Shown: positions 28,083 through 38,483 of the stretch, one piece after another
Layout of the letters: every line of letters starts with the position of its first letter
Position numbering within the stretch: the first letter of the stretch is position 1
NCBI GenBank assembly: GCA_910586535.1
Contig: CAJUHS010000002.1
Span: 167,790-231,789 of the forward strand
Origin: an uncultured Oscillospiraceae bacterium
GTDB lineage: Bacteria; Bacillota; Clostridia; Oscillospirales; Ruminococcaceae
DNA length: 64,000 nt
Direction: 5' to 3'
Translations under genes and position numbers: made by a program
The notes under the pieces: generated by a model
What the model was told of the DNA's origin: nothing
The model's input: the letters and a program-made list of their open reading frames with translations, nothing else
Database searches by the model: none

Positions 28083-30701
28083 TCACTTTACAAATTCGGA
28101 AACTATATCCCCAGCTGCCGCGATTGCTTCCTTTACCTTTGAAGTGTCTCCGATACCTGCCATTGCGCTGTCGGGACGCCCGCCTCCCTTTCCGCCTGTA
28201 ATGGCTGACACCTTGCGTACTATATTTCCGGCGTGAGCGCCTGCCGCTGCAGCTTCTTTACCGCACACGCAAACTATAGAACTGTCGCCCGCAATAACCG
28301 CCACCATGTCGGGAGCCTTATCTTTTATGCTGTCACCCAGTGTTCTGAGAATGTCAGCCTTTGCACCCGCGATCTCAGCGGCAATAACACGAATAGAACC
28401 AACAGAGACCGCTCCCTCAAACAAGGAATCAAGCTGTGTGGAAGCAAGCTTTCCTTTAAGCTCGGAAACTTCCTTTTCAAGAGCTTTAAGCTCTCCCGCT
28501 GCGGCTGTGCACCGCGCTATAAGCTCTGAAGCATTGGAAGCTTTGATAGCATGAGCGGCTTCGGTAAGCGTATTTTTATAGTCGTCTATCAAAGCAAGAA
28601 CTCCAGTACCCGTTACTGCTTCTATACGTCTTACGCCGGCAGCAACAGAATTTTCGGAAATTATCCTGAACAATCCAAGCTTTGAGGTATTGTCAACGTG
28701 CGTACCGCCGCAGAACTCTATTGAAGTATCTTCAACATTTACAACACGGACGATATCACCGTATTTTTCGCCGAACAGAGCCATTGCTCCCAGCTTTCTT
28801 GCCTCATCGATAGGCATTTCCGTCATTGTTACGGGAACCGCGCCGAGAATGTCAGTATTGATGATACCCTCGATCTCTTTAAGCTCGTCGGGAGTTACAG
28901 CCTCAAAATGAGAGAAGTCAAAACGCACTCTTTCACCGTCAACAAGCTGTCCCGCCTGATGAACATGATCTCCCAGAACCTTTCTCAGAGCCGCCTGAAG
29001 CAGATGCGCCGCCGTATGGTTGCGCATAATGGAAGACCTGCGTTTTTTGTCAACAGAAGCCGTTACCTTATCGCCCACGGAAACCGCTCCCTGTGCAACG
29101 CCCATATGAAGAAAATGTCCGCTGTGTATCTTCTTTGTATCGGACACCTCAAACGCTGTCATGGCGCCGCTGATAACGCCGGTATCGCCTACCTGTCCGC
29201 CGCTTTCCGCATAGAAAGGAGTTTTGTCAAGGACTATAACAGCTTCATCGCCGTCGTTTGCGGTCTCAACGCTTTCGCCGTCCACAAATATCGCAAGCAC
29301 CTCAGCCTGTTCTTCCATTGAACCGTAGCCTGTAAATTCCGTAGCTTTACACTCAACAGCAAGAGTTCCGTCCTCCCATGACGAACCTGATTTCGCATTG
29401 TGGTCATCGCGGGCTTTTTTCTTCTGTTCATTGAGACATTCGGTGTATCCAGCCTCGTCCACAGTAAGACCCTTTTCCTCGGCAATTTCAATGGTAAGGT
29501 CTATAGGGAAACCGTATGTGTCGCTTAGCAAAAATGCGTCCGCACCGCCAAGAACAGTCTTTCCGGACGCGATAACCGCGTCAATTTTCTCGGTAAGAAT
29601 CTCCATACCCTTGTCAATTGTTTTTGCAAAGGTTTCCTCTTCGCTTTTTATAAGCTTTTTAATGTAAGCCTTGCGCTCCTCAAGTTCCGGATAAGCGCAG
29701 GCATTCTCAGCGATAACGGTATCAACTACCTCATAAAGGAAAGGTCTTGTTATACCTAAAAGTCTGCCGTGACGTGCAGCACGTCTCAAAAGACGGCGCA
29801 GAACATATCCCCTGCCGTTATTGGACGGAGTTACGCCGTCCCCGACCATAAACGTCGTGGAACGGATATGGTCGGTAATAACACGGAGAGAAACGTCCTT
29901 TTTCTCATCTTTTTTATAATCAACACCGGCGATCCTGCTGATGTGCTTCATGATATTCTGAACGGTGTCCACCTCGAAAAGGTTGTCAACGCCCTGCATA
30001 GCACAGGCAAGTCTTTCCAGTCCCATACCCGTATCAATATTTTTATGAGCCATTTCGGTATAATTACCGTTTCCGTCGCTGTCGAACTGAGAGAAAACAA
30101 GATTCCAAATCTCGATAATACGGTCACAGTCGCTGGCTTGTTCAAAGCTTTCAAAAGGACCGTAGCTTTCTCCCCTGTCAAAATGTATTTCGGAACAAGG
30201 TCCGCAGGGTCCGCTGCCGTGTTCCCAGAAATTGTCAGCTTTGCCAAGACGCTTTATGCGCTCCTTGGGTATGCCTATATCGTTCATCCAAATCTGCTCG
30301 GCCTCGTCGTCACTTTCAAAAACGGTGATCCAAAGCCTGTCTGCCGGAATAGCCAATACACCTGTCAAAAATTCCCACGCCCAGGCAATAGCTTCCTTTT
30401 TAAAATAGTCCCCGAAAGAGAAATTGCCAAGCATTTCAAAATAAGTTCCGTGGCGGGCGGTCTTTCCCACTCGTTCAATATCGGGAGTGCGGATACACTT
30501 CTGGCAAGTAGTGACCCTTACGTTAGGCGGAGTTTCCTGCCCGAGGAAAAACTTTTTAAGCGGAGCCATACCGCTGTTTATAAGCAGGAGGCTGTTATCG
30601 CCGTGAGGGATAAGCGAAGCGCTCGCCATTCTTGTATGATTTTTGCTTTCAAAAAAAGAAAGATATTTTTCTCTAAGGTCATTCAAGCCTGTCCATTCCA
30701 T
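28083..30701 (-). CDS. alaS: Alanine--tRNA ligase
   Basis: 872 aa; class II aaRS N-terminus, editing domain HxxxH/CxxxH motifs, C-terminal DHHA1-like region. TTGACA-17-TAAAAT promoter about 55 nt upstream. Confidence 0.95.
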   Translation of the reverse strand: MEWTGLNDLREKYLSFFESKNHTRMASASLIPHGDNSLLLINSGMAPLKKFFLGQETPPNVRVTTCQKCIRTPDIERVGKTARHGTYFEMLGNFSFGDYFKKEAIAWAWEFLTGVLAIPADRLWITVFESDDEAEQIWMNDIGIPKERIKRLGKADNFWEHGSGPCGPCSEIHFDRGESYGPFESFEQASDCDRIIEIWNLVFSQFDSDGNGNYTEMAHKNIDTGMGLERLACAMQGVDNLFEVDTVQNIMKHISRIAGVDYKKDEKKDVSLRVITDHIRSTTFMVGDGVTPSNNGRGYVLRRLLRRAARHGRLLGITRPFLYEVVDTVIAENACAYPELEERKAYIKKLIKSEEETFAKTIDKGMEILTEKIDAVIASGKTVLGGADAFLLSDTYGFPIDLTIEIAEEKGLTVDEAGYTECLNEQKKKARDDHNAKSGSSWEDGTLAVECKATEFTGYGSMEEQAEVLAIFVDGESVETANDGDEAVIVLDKTPFYAESGGQVGDTGVISGAMTAFEVSDTKKIHSGHFLHMGVAQGAVSVGDKVTASVDKKRRSSIMRNHTAAHLLQAALRKVLGDHVHQAGQLVDGERVRFDFSHFEAVTPDELKEIEGIINTDILGAVPVTMTEMPIDEARKLGAMALFGEKYGDIVRVVNVEDTSIEFCGGTHVDNTSKLGLFRIISENSVAAGVRRIEAVTGTGVLALIDDYKNTLTEAAHAIKASNASELIARCTAAAGELKALEKEVSELKGKLASTQLDSLFEGAVSVGSIRVIAAEIAGAKADILRTLGDSIKDKAPDMVAVIAGDSSIVCVCGKEAAAAGAHAGNIVRKVSAITGGKGGGRPDSAMAGIGDTSKVKEAIAAAGDIVSEFVK

Positions 30702-30842
30702 ATATAAGCTTCCTTTCGGTACACATAATTTAACCTGATTATTTTACCATATAAGACATATTTTGTCAAGTGCAGAATTATTATATACATATGAATATTT
30801 TTCTATGAGAAGCGCACGCCGGTTCTTATGTTACGGCAAATC

Positions 30843-30885
30843 AAATCCTCCCGTTCAAACGCCAAAAACAATTGAACGGGAGGAT
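30843..30885 (-). terminator. 15-bp perfect-stem hairpin terminator after the flotillin operon (possibly bidirectional)
   Basis: AATCCTCCCGTTCAA…TTGAACGGGAGGATT stem, U-rich tail on the minus strand; lies between the small ORF stop (30907) and the alaS promoter. Confidence 0.6.
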
Positions 30886-30906
30886 TTTAAAATGTACGCA
30901 TGTGCT

Positions 30907-31173
30907 TTAACGGACAATCTTAAATATTGCTGGATCCCCGAAGCGGTATTCTATAGAAACGTTACTCCCCATTTCGGGAATATTCCCATACCATTTTTTC
31001 CAGTCCCACAAACTAGTCCACTTCTCGTATTCAGTACCGTCTGCGGAATACCTTACTTTAACCCTGTAGGGAAAGAACGCTCCGTCAAGCGCGTACTTTC
31101 GCACAGGCTTGGTATTGATCTTAACCCACCAAATCTTTTTAAGCTCTGTAACCGTTCCCGTGGTTTTTACCAT
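30907..31173 (-). CDS. Trp-rich small protein (88 aa), translationally coupled to flotillin
   Basis: GTGAGGTGA RBS overlapping the flotillin stop codon, ATG 11 nt downstream; 8 Trp in 88 aa; no recognised domain. Confidence 0.5.
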   Translation of the reverse strand: MVKTTGTVTELKKIWWVKINTKPVRKYALDGAFFPYRVKVRYSADGTEYEKWTSLWDWKKWYGNIPEMGSNVSIEYRFGDPAIFKIVR

Positions 31174-31184
31174 AAGCAGTCACC

Positions 31185-32816
31185 TCACTGACTTTTGCCC
31201 TCGCCTGTTTCGCTTAAAACTGTCTGTGCTTCATGCTTTTCTTCCGATTCCACTATTTCGGACAGATCCTTTCCCAGAAGCGCGGGAAGCTCCATTCCCG
31301 CCTGCTTGAACACCTCGTTCAGAGGAGGAACAGCTTTCATCATGCCGGAGATAAAATCGGCTGTAGCCGTGTTTCCGTCTCCGCTCTTGCCTCCGTCCCA
31401 AACGGTAACCTTGTCGATCTTGATGTTCTTGACAGCCTCGACCTGAATGCGCATAAGCTCCTCAAGCTTGTCGGCAACAAGCATTTTTACTGCGGAATCC
31501 GCGTCTCCCGCAGCTTCAATAAGAGTACGCATACCCTCCGCCTGCTTCTGAAGTATCTCCTGTGCGCCGCGGGCTTCGGCTTCCATTTTTGCGTATAAAG
31601 CGTCCGCTTCGCCTCGAGCCTTGCGGCGAAGAACCTCCGCCTCTGCCTCTGCGGCGATCTCGGCTTTTTGTTTTTCGATCTGAGCCTTAACGATTACGTC
31701 AGCCTTTTGCGTAGCCATCTCAAGTTCCGCACGTTTATTTTCCGCGTCCTGCTGAGCCTGATACGCTTCTTCCTTAGCCTTGGCAGCCTGAACAGCCTCG
31801 GCGGTAATGGCTATCTTCAATGCCTCAGCTTCTTTTTCACGGCGGTTCGCTTCGGACTGTGCAACGGATACCTTGGCATTATTTTCGCCCTCGATAGCGG
31901 CGGCATTAGCAGCAGCAACCTGAATACGCTGTTCCTTCAAAGCGTTAGCCTGACCTATCTCACCGTCTCTGCTCGTCTGAGCCACAGCTATCTTTGCATC
32001 GTTTGTAGCTTTGGCTTCAGCCTCAGCTTCTTTCTGACGGCGTACCGATTCGGATTGAGCAACGGCTATCTTGGCGTCGTTTTCACCCTCGATAGCGGCA
32101 GCGTTCGCGGCGGCTACCTGGATACGCTGATCCTTGCGGGCGTTAGCCTCGCCTATAGCACCGTCCCTGTCCTTTTCGGCAACACTTTTTTTAGCGTCGT
32201 TAATAGCCTTTGCGGCAGCTTCCTTACCAAGCGCGTCGATATAGCCCGACTCGTCGTTAATATCGGTAACGTTTACGTTGATAAGCCGCAAGCCTATCTT
32301 TTTCAGCTCAATTTCAACATTGTTGGACACTGCCACAAGGAACTTGTCACGGTCGGTATTGATCTCTTCAATCTCCATGGTAGCAATTACCAAACGCAGC
32401 TGACCGAAGATGATATCCTTTGCAAGTTCCTGTATCTCCATCATCTTAAGTCCCAGCAAACGCTCGGCTGCGTTCTGCATGATACCCGGCTCGGTAGAAA
32501 TACCTACTGTGAAACGGGATGGTACGTCCACACGGATATTCTGCTTTGAAAGAGCGTTTTTCAGGTCAACATTAATGGAAATAGGGGTAAGATCCAGGTA
32601 CTGGAAAGACTGGATTATCGGTACGATAAAAGCCGCGCCGCCGTGGATACATTTTGCGCTTTTTGCCTGACCGTTCTTATCGGTACCCACCTTACCGTAA
32701 ATTACCATGATTTTGTCCGACGGACACTTTCTGTACCGCGAAAGAATTGCCGCCGCCGCCGCGAAAATAACTACCGCAATAACGCATACAGCAATCAAGG
32801 TTTCAGGATTTCCCAT
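31185..32816 (-). CDS. Flotillin family (SPFH/band-7) protein, FloT/YuaG-like
   Basis: 543 aa; N-terminal TM, SPFH domain, long coiled-coil with internal Ala/Glu-rich repeats (…RIQVAAANAAAIEGEN[D/N]AK[I/V][A/S]VAQSE… twice). Confidence 0.9.
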   Translation of the reverse strand: MGNPETLIAVCVIAVVIFAAAAAILSRYRKCPSDKIMVIYGKVGTDKNGQAKSAKCIHGGAAFIVPIIQSFQYLDLTPISINVDLKNALSKQNIRVDVPSRFTVGISTEPGIMQNAAERLLGLKMMEIQELAKDIIFGQLRLVIATMEIEEINTDRDKFLVAVSNNVEIELKKIGLRLINVNVTDINDESGYIDALGKEAAAKAINDAKKSVAEKDRDGAIGEANARKDQRIQVAAANAAAIEGENDAKIAVAQSESVRRQKEAEAEAKATNDAKIAVAQTSRDGEIGQANALKEQRIQVAAANAAAIEGENNAKVSVAQSEANRREKEAEALKIAITAEAVQAAKAKEEAYQAQQDAENKRAELEMATQKADVIVKAQIEKQKAEIAAEAEAEVLRRKARGEADALYAKMEAEARGAQEILQKQAEGMRTLIEAAGDADSAVKMLVADKLEELMRIQVEAVKNIKIDKVTVWDGGKSGDGNTATADFISGMMKAVPPLNEVFKQAGMELPALLGKDLSEIVESEEKHEAQTVLSETGEGKSQ

Positions 32817-32970
32817 ATTTCATAACCTCCAAAATAAAATTTTATGTAAAAATAATTATGTACGCTTTTTACCTTTTCTGAAAGGCGATTTTATAAAAAA
32901 TTTATCTTCTATAACGTCGAACAGAATGCCAAATACCTCACTAAGAAATTCGATCAAAAATTCCATAAAA

Positions 32971-33651
32971 TCATGTCCTTTCAACTACTAACGTTTCTCC
33001 GTTCAGGTCGGTAACGCGAACCGCCGTACCCGTTTTTAACATTTCCCTTTCATTGGACACCGCGCTGCACTCCATAAAACGTCCCTGCAAGGTCAGCGTA
33101 ACCTTTCCCTCTCCCTCTCCGGCGGGAGGTATCGGTATGTACACCGTGGCGTTTTCGCCTATAGCATTTCTGAAATCTATAGTACCGTTCTCGGTAAGCT
33201 TTTTACTGATTTGAACAAGCTTTGCAATACCGTACATTGCAAAAAAGCCCGCCACAAGTCCAAGAGGTATAGCTCCCGCACTTGGCAGACCGCTGCTCAG
33301 CGCGGCAATTGATACCCAGCCGGATACCGCAAGAAAAGCCACTATCCCCTGCACCGTAAAGAGCTGCAATGAGGAATATGAACCGTGAACGTTCATTTCC
33401 GAACCGTCCGAAACGTCAGCGGACAGGTCTGACAAATCGATCATATCGCTGATATCTCCAGCGCCTCCAAAATCCGCTCCGCTCATGTCCCCTATATCAA
33501 TACCGCTCGTATCGCTGAGATTTACATCCGCATCCCCTCCGAAGCCGGATATTGACAATATTGTCTGCAAAAGAAGCAGAAGCGTGGACGGCACGGCAAT
33601 GCAATACAGTACCTGCACAAGCGTTGATAAGCTTTCCCACCATTCTGTCAT
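32971..33651 (-). CDS. NfeD-like (YuaF-type) membrane protein, partner of flotillin
   Basis: Membrane N-terminus, D/S/G-rich linker and C-terminal OB-fold (GKVTLTLQGRFMECSAVSNEREMLKTGTAVRVTDLNGETLVVE). AAGGGGG RBS before the internal ATG (MTEWW…). Confidence 0.75.
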   Translation of the reverse strand: MTEWWESLSTLVQVLYCIAVPSTLLLLLQTILSISGFGGDADVNLSDTSGIDIGDMSGADFGGAGDISDMIDLSDLSADVSDGSEMNVHGSYSSLQLFTVQGIVAFLAVSGWVSIAALSSGLPSAGAIPLGLVAGFFAMYGIAKLVQISKKLTENGTIDFRNAIGENATVYIPIPPAGEGEGKVTLTLQGRFMECSAVSNEREMLKTGTAVRVTDLNGETLVVERT

Positions 33652-34021
33652 ATGCTTGACCCCCTTAATGTAAATATTATTTACTATATTATAACTCCGC
33701 AGTACAGCTTTGTCAAGTAGTTTTTCAGAAAAACAAACAAAAACAACAAATAAAATACAGTAAGACACACATCAGAATACCTGAGCATTTCCAAAGCCGT
33801 CTTTTCAAGCAGTTCAGCCATGATTTTTCATCTCCCCTGCGTTTACCCTTAGTAAATTTTATTTACTTAAAGTATAACATAATGCTTCCCGTTTGTCAAT
33901 ATTTCAGGCACATATTAAATAAAAATATTTATATGCCGTACTTATTGAAGCGCCTAAGTCCGCAATTTTAAAAGTATTTCATAGCATAAGAACATATTTT
34001 GAAAATTTTTCGGTTTCCCTA

Positions 34022-34050
34022 TTGCATTTAATGAAAAAATATGCTACAAT
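34022..34050 (+). promoter_or_regulatory. Sigma-A type promoter for the XRE-family regulator gene
   Basis: TTGCAT-17 nt-TACAAT, about 40 nt upstream of the AGGAG RBS/ATG at 34091. Confidence 0.5.
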
Positions 34051-34090
34051 AATGTAAATTCAATTTACCATTCAAGAAAGGAGAAGCATT

Positions 34091-34645
34091 ATGACTCCCG
34101 AGGAACGCGGAAGACGGATTAAGGAAGCCCGTATCTCAAAGAAAATGACTCAAAGCGAGGTTGTGGGAACATTCATTACGCGGAATATGCTCAGCCAGAT
34201 CGAAAGCGGAGCTGCCGCGCCGTCGCTGAAAACTCTCGAATATCTTGCCTCTGTACTGGATATACCTATTTCAACATTGCTTCCCCAGGGAGAAAGCGAA
34301 ATGAACGGCAATCTTCTATCTGACGCCGAGCTGCTGGTAAGCTCCAAGAAACTTTACAGCGAGGGACGTTACCGCGAAGCCGCCGCCGCTCTTCAATCTG
34401 CTGACATCAGCAGCCCGCTGTATGATGAGTTAACCGCTGTCAGAGCACGCTGCTGCCTGAGTCTTGCTGAGCAGATTGCAGATGAAAATTCCCCCAAAGC
34501 CGCAGAATATGCCAAGGAAGCCTCTGCTCTTGCGGACATTGGTTTTTTTGCCGACAGCGGCGTAAAATCAAAGGCGTTACAGCTTTTAGGGGAAATTGCA
34601 GAGAAATTAAAGAAATATTATGAAGATATTATTTCGAGTATATGA
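34091..34645 (+). CDS. XRE-family helix-turn-helix transcriptional regulator with a C-terminal TPR-like domain
   Basis: RIKEARISKKMTQSEV…MLSQIESG HTH_3 signature; 184 aa. Confidence 0.8.
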   Translation: MTPEERGRRIKEARISKKMTQSEVVGTFITRNMLSQIESGAAAPSLKTLEYLASVLDIPISTLLPQGESEMNGNLLSDAELLVSSKKLYSEGRYREAAAALQSADISSPLYDELTAVRARCCLSLAEQIADENSPKAAEYAKEASALADIGFFADSGVKSKALQLLGEIAEKLKKYYEDIISSI

Positions 34646-34664
34646 TATAAAAGGGGTATTTGTT

Positions 34665-35429
34665 ATGAATAACACACCTATAGTATTTAATCCCAACGAA
34701 CCGATTGCTCACTACGAGCAGTGCGGAAAACGCTACAGAAAAGTAAAAAAAAGACTTACTTTCGGAATTATTACAACTATTCCAGCCTTTTTTCTCGGAG
34801 CTGCCTGCATTATCTATAACCCGTGGCTCATGGCTGTTTTTGCTTTCTTTGCTATGCCGTTCACACTGCTCTCTATTATAGGATGTGCGACCAGAAAATC
34901 CAAAATCTGTTTTGCAACCATTCCTATCGGCATAATACTTGCTGTTTTATCAATTATTTCGGACTCGCTGTTCGCTCCGTTCGGAGCAGCGGCTTACCTG
35001 ATTGCAGCTTATGCTGAATTTATGGCGGTTTCCGCCTCAAACGAGTTCTACAAGCTTAAAGAGCTTCCCGGATTTCCGTTTTTTGACCCGTCCATGGACG
35101 ATATTTCTTTTGCTGCAAAGGATCACTTCGGTGCAGACGAATTTATAGACGAAAGCAGCCTGTACACAGAAAAAAGGACTTACAGATTTGATCCGAGCGA
35201 ACTTGAACCGTCAAACGAAATGGAAGAAATAGTCACCGGAATTTCTCTATTAAAAGATGGTGATACTCCCCCGCAAACCGAAAAAATCCACACCGAGAAG
35301 AGCCAAACCGAGGACGTTATACAAGCAGAACTTGCTCCCGAAATATATTCCGAAAGCGCTTATGAACAGATGATTAGCGTCATGCCCGAAAAGCGGAAAG
35401 ATATTTCGGACATAGAACTTTTTGAATAA
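34665..35429 (+). CDS. Hypothetical membrane protein (4 TM) with an acidic C-terminal tail
   Basis: AAAAGGGG RBS then ATG (MNNTPIV…); hydrophobic core then D/E-rich C-terminus; no recognised domain. Confidence 0.5.
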   Translation: MNNTPIVFNPNEPIAHYEQCGKRYRKVKKRLTFGIITTIPAFFLGAACIIYNPWLMAVFAFFAMPFTLLSIIGCATRKSKICFATIPIGIILAVLSIISDSLFAPFGAAAYLIAAYAEFMAVSASNEFYKLKELPGFPFFDPSMDDISFAAKDHFGADEFIDESSLYTEKRTYRFDPSELEPSNEMEEIVTGISLLKDGDTPPQTEKIHTEKSQTEDVIQAELAPEIYSESAYEQMISVMPEKRKDISDIELFE

Positions 35430-35468
35430 AATTATGTAAAGGCCTTCGCCGGTACAGCTGTAAATCAA

Positions 35469-35519
35469 GGCGCGGCGTGTAAATCTCAAAGCATTTACAC
35501 GCCGCGCTTTCTATTTTTA
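35469..35519. terminator. Bidirectional rho-independent terminator between the convergent membrane-protein gene and glnN
   Basis: GCGCGGCGTGTAAAT…ATTTACACGCCGCGC 15-bp stem flanked by T-runs on both strands. Confidence 0.65.
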
Positions 35520-35533
35520 CCGTTTCGATGCTC

Positions 35534-37642
35534 TTATACCCTGAAAAGCAGATCAGCATAAGTCGGGAAAGGCCATACGCTTTCGGGAGCTATAGTCTCC
35601 AGTTCGTCTACAACAGCTCTCAGCGACTGCATTGCCGCAAACACCTCGTCGCGGTAGAATCTGGCGGTAGGCTCACCGTCCTCATAGTTCTTTACGTCCA
35701 ACAGCTTCGCATCAAGAGCGTCGGTAGCTTCAAGAATACTGTTTGTCAGACATGAAGCCTTGTCGGCAAGCTTCTTTTCCGCATCAAAGCTTACGCCCGC
35801 CGCTTTCTTGGAAACAATAGAATCGGAAAGGAATTTTGTGAACTCACAGCCTGCGGGAATTATCTGCTTTCTCGCCATATCCACCATTGTAAGAGCCTCG
35901 ATATTTATAATCTTGGAATAGTTATCCAGCAGTATCTCTTTTCTGGACTGTATCTCGGTCCTTGTAAGAACCTTAAATTCCTCGAAAATAGCCACGTTTT
36001 TATCATCGGTATAGTGAGGAACCGCGTCAACCGTGGAAATAAGATTTGGAAGTCCGCGCTTTTCCGCCTCTTTTACCCACGAATCGTCATAACCGTTGCC
36101 GTTGAAGATAATTCTTTTGTTCTCCTTATAAGTTTTAAGAAGAAGCTTATTCAAGTCATCTGTAAAGTTTTCCGAACCCTCAAGAGTATCGGCAAACTCT
36201 TTAAGAATGTGCGCAACAATAGTGTTGAGTATCATGTTGGTGCAGGCAATAGAGTCCGCAGAGCCCAGCGCTCTGAATTCAAATTTGTTTCCCGTAAAGG
36301 CAAAGGGAGACGTTCTGTTGCGGTCGGTGGTATCCTTGGGGAAGTTGGGAAGCGCCTCGACGCCGATAACAAATTCATTATCCTGATTCTTAGTAATCAT
36401 TTTTCCTGTTTCGAGAGCGTCAAGAATAGTCTGAAGCTCGTCGCCTAGGAAAATCGAAACTATAGCCGGAGGAGCCTCGTTTGCTCCCAATCTGTGGTCG
36501 TTGCCTGCTGATGCTACGGAAAGACGCAGCAGCTCGGAATAATTGTTTACAGCCTTGATAACAGCCACAAGGAAAGTCAGGAACTGAATGTTGTCCTTGG
36601 GGTCGTCTCCTGGATCGAGAAGGTTCTGACCGTCGTTTGTGGAAATAGACCAGTTATTGTGCTTGCCCGAACCGTTTACACCTGCATAGGGTTTTTCATG
36701 GAGCAGGCATACAAGATCGTGCTTGATAGCAGTTTTCTTCATGATCTCCATAGTAAGAGCATTCTGGTCGGCTGCAATGTTTGATGTGGTAAAAATAGGG
36801 GCCAGCTCGTGCTGAGCGGGAGCGACTTCGTTATGCTTCGTCTTTGCAAGAATACCCAGTTTCCAAAGTTCCTCGTCCAGATCCTTCATATAGGCTGAGA
36901 CTCTGTCCTTAATGTTGCCAAAATAGTGATCCTCAAGCTCCTGACCCTTTGGAGCTTTTGCTCCGAAAAGCGTTCTGCCTGTCAGCATAAGATCGCGGCG
37001 CATATCGTGCAGCTTCTTGTCAACAAGGAAGTACTCCTGCTCCGGTCCCACAGTGGTAGTAACTCTTGTTGCAGTGGTATTTCCGAAAAGTCTGAGCACC
37101 CTTATCGACTGCTCGGAAATAACGTCCATAGAACGGAGCAGCGGAGTCTTTTTATCAAGTATCTCGCCAGTGTAGGAACAGAAAGCCGTAGGTATGTAGA
37201 GAGAGCCGTCCTTTACAAAAGCGGGAGAAGTGGGGTCCCATGCGGTATAGCCTCTCGCCTCAAACGTAGCTCTCAGACCTCCCGACGGGAACGACGAGGC
37301 GTCGGGCTCGCCCTTTATAAGCTCTTTGCCCGAAAATTCCATTATTACCTTTCCGTCTTTTGTAGGAGAAATAAATGAGTCGTGTTTTTCTGCGGTAATA
37401 CCTGTCATAGGATGAAACCAGTGGGTATAGTGAGTCGCGCCCTTTTCAACCGCCCATTCTTTCATTGCGGAAGCGATGACCTCAGCAACGTCGGGGTCGA
37501 GAGCAATACCGAGCCGCTGAGTCCTGAGCAGACCCTTATAGACGTTTTTCGGAAGCCTGTTTTTCATGGTCTCCTCATTGAAAACGTTACAGGCAAAGTA
37601 ATCCTGTACGCATTTTACATTCTGATTCATAACTTCTGACAT
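35534..37642 (-). CDS. glnN: Glutamine synthetase type III
   Basis: About 700 aa with GS-III N-terminus (MSEVMNQNVKCVQDYF…); GAGGGAGG RBS before the ATG at 37642. Confidence 0.9.
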   Translation of the reverse strand: MSEVMNQNVKCVQDYFACNVFNEETMKNRLPKNVYKGLLRTQRLGIALDPDVAEVIASAMKEWAVEKGATHYTHWFHPMTGITAEKHDSFISPTKDGKVIMEFSGKELIKGEPDASSFPSGGLRATFEARGYTAWDPTSPAFVKDGSLYIPTAFCSYTGEILDKKTPLLRSMDVISEQSIRVLRLFGNTTATRVTTTVGPEQEYFLVDKKLHDMRRDLMLTGRTLFGAKAPKGQELEDHYFGNIKDRVSAYMKDLDEELWKLGILAKTKHNEVAPAQHELAPIFTTSNIAADQNALTMEIMKKTAIKHDLVCLLHEKPYAGVNGSGKHNNWSISTNDGQNLLDPGDDPKDNIQFLTFLVAVIKAVNNYSELLRLSVASAGNDHRLGANEAPPAIVSIFLGDELQTILDALETGKMITKNQDNEFVIGVEALPNFPKDTTDRNRTSPFAFTGNKFEFRALGSADSIACTNMILNTIVAHILKEFADTLEGSENFTDDLNKLLLKTYKENKRIIFNGNGYDDSWVKEAEKRGLPNLISTVDAVPHYTDDKNVAIFEEFKVLTRTEIQSRKEILLDNYSKIINIEALTMVDMARKQIIPAGCEFTKFLSDSIVSKKAAGVSFDAEKKLADKASCLTNSILEATDALDAKLLDVKNYEDGEPTARFYRDEVFAAMQSLRAVVDELETIAPESVWPFPTYADLLFRV

Positions 37643-38004
37643 AAAAATTCCTCCCTCAAATAAACAAAACGCTTTAGCACACAAGTGACCCCGTATGCTA
37701 AAGCGCCGTTGCTTTAACTATTCAATGTATATATGATACACCATCTTTTCCTTTTTGTCAATACCCTTTTTATGATTTTGCATAATTTTGAGCTTTTTCT
37801 TGCAAACTGCACTATATATTTTACAAATAAAAATATTTTTTATAGAAAATATGCAACGTTCCAATTCAAGGTATTCTTTTTAAGATGAAAACCATACATT
37901 ATATATGTTAGCTCATTTTTATGTATGTGACATTTTACAGCAATCCCATTTTGAAATGTAATCAAAAACATTACGAAATATTTTCAGAAAGCACTTGATA
38001 ATAT

Positions 38005-38031
38005 TACTATATAGTATTATACTATATAGTA
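38005..38031. promoter_or_regulatory. Two copies of a perfect 12-bp palindrome, TACTATATAGTA-TTA-TACTATATAGTA. Candidate MarR operator overlapping the RBS.
   Basis: Seen directly; each 12-mer is self-complementary; ends 4 nt before the GTG start of marR. Confidence 0.45.
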
Positions 38032-38035
38032 GGAG

Positions 38036-38482
38036 GTGGATAGTACGAAAAAAACAAACGGTGGTTTTCTCATAAGCAAGATAAAGCAGATACAGGGCAG
38101 AGTGTTTGAAAAGCTTCTTGTGGCACACGGTATCAGTGAATTCAACGGCGCACAGGGACGTATCCTTTTTGTGCTGTGGGAACAGGATTGTATCACAGTA
38201 AGCGCGCTGTCGGAAAAAACGGGACTTGCAAAAACCACACTGACGGCTATGCTTGACAGACTGGAAAAAATGGGACATATCCAAAGGACAAACGATCCCG
38301 CCGACCGCAGATCTGTGAAGATCATTCTAACGTCCAAAGCACAGGGACTGAAAGACAAGTACGACGCTGTATCGGCTGAAATGAACAAAATTTTTTACGG
38401 AGGGTTCGGCGATGAAGAGGTACTCGCTTTTGAAGCGTATCTTGGGAGAGTGCTTGAAAATCTACTCAAAAAGGAGAATTAA
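38036..38482 (+). CDS. MarR family transcriptional regulator (apparent GTG start)
   Basis: 148 aa; winged-helix MarR pattern (…GISEFNGAQGRILFVLW…DRLEKMGHIQR…DRRSVKI…). Confidence 0.85.
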   Translation: MDSTKKTNGGFLISKIKQIQGRVFEKLLVAHGISEFNGAQGRILFVLWEQDCITVSALSEKTGLAKTTLTAMLDRLEKMGHIQRTNDPADRRSVKIILTSKAQGLKDKYDAVSAEMNKIFYGGFGDEEVLAFEAYLGRVLENLLKKEN

Positions 38483-38483
38483 C

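Noticed and set aside
29769-30707. 312-aa plus-strand ORF
   Set aside because: Antisense to alaS, whose identity is unambiguous. No independent signals.
30702-30845. Possible T-box leader upstream of alaS
   Set aside because: Only about 55 nt lie between the TTGACA-17-TAAAAT promoter and the start codon. There is no AGGGUGGNACCGCG T-box sequence or specifier-loop architecture, so the leader is too short for a T-box.
31668-32549. 293-aa plus-strand ORF rich in Leu/Ser/Phe
   Set aside because: Antisense to the flotillin coiled-coil region. The repetitive GCN-rich coding strand generates open frames on the opposite strand.
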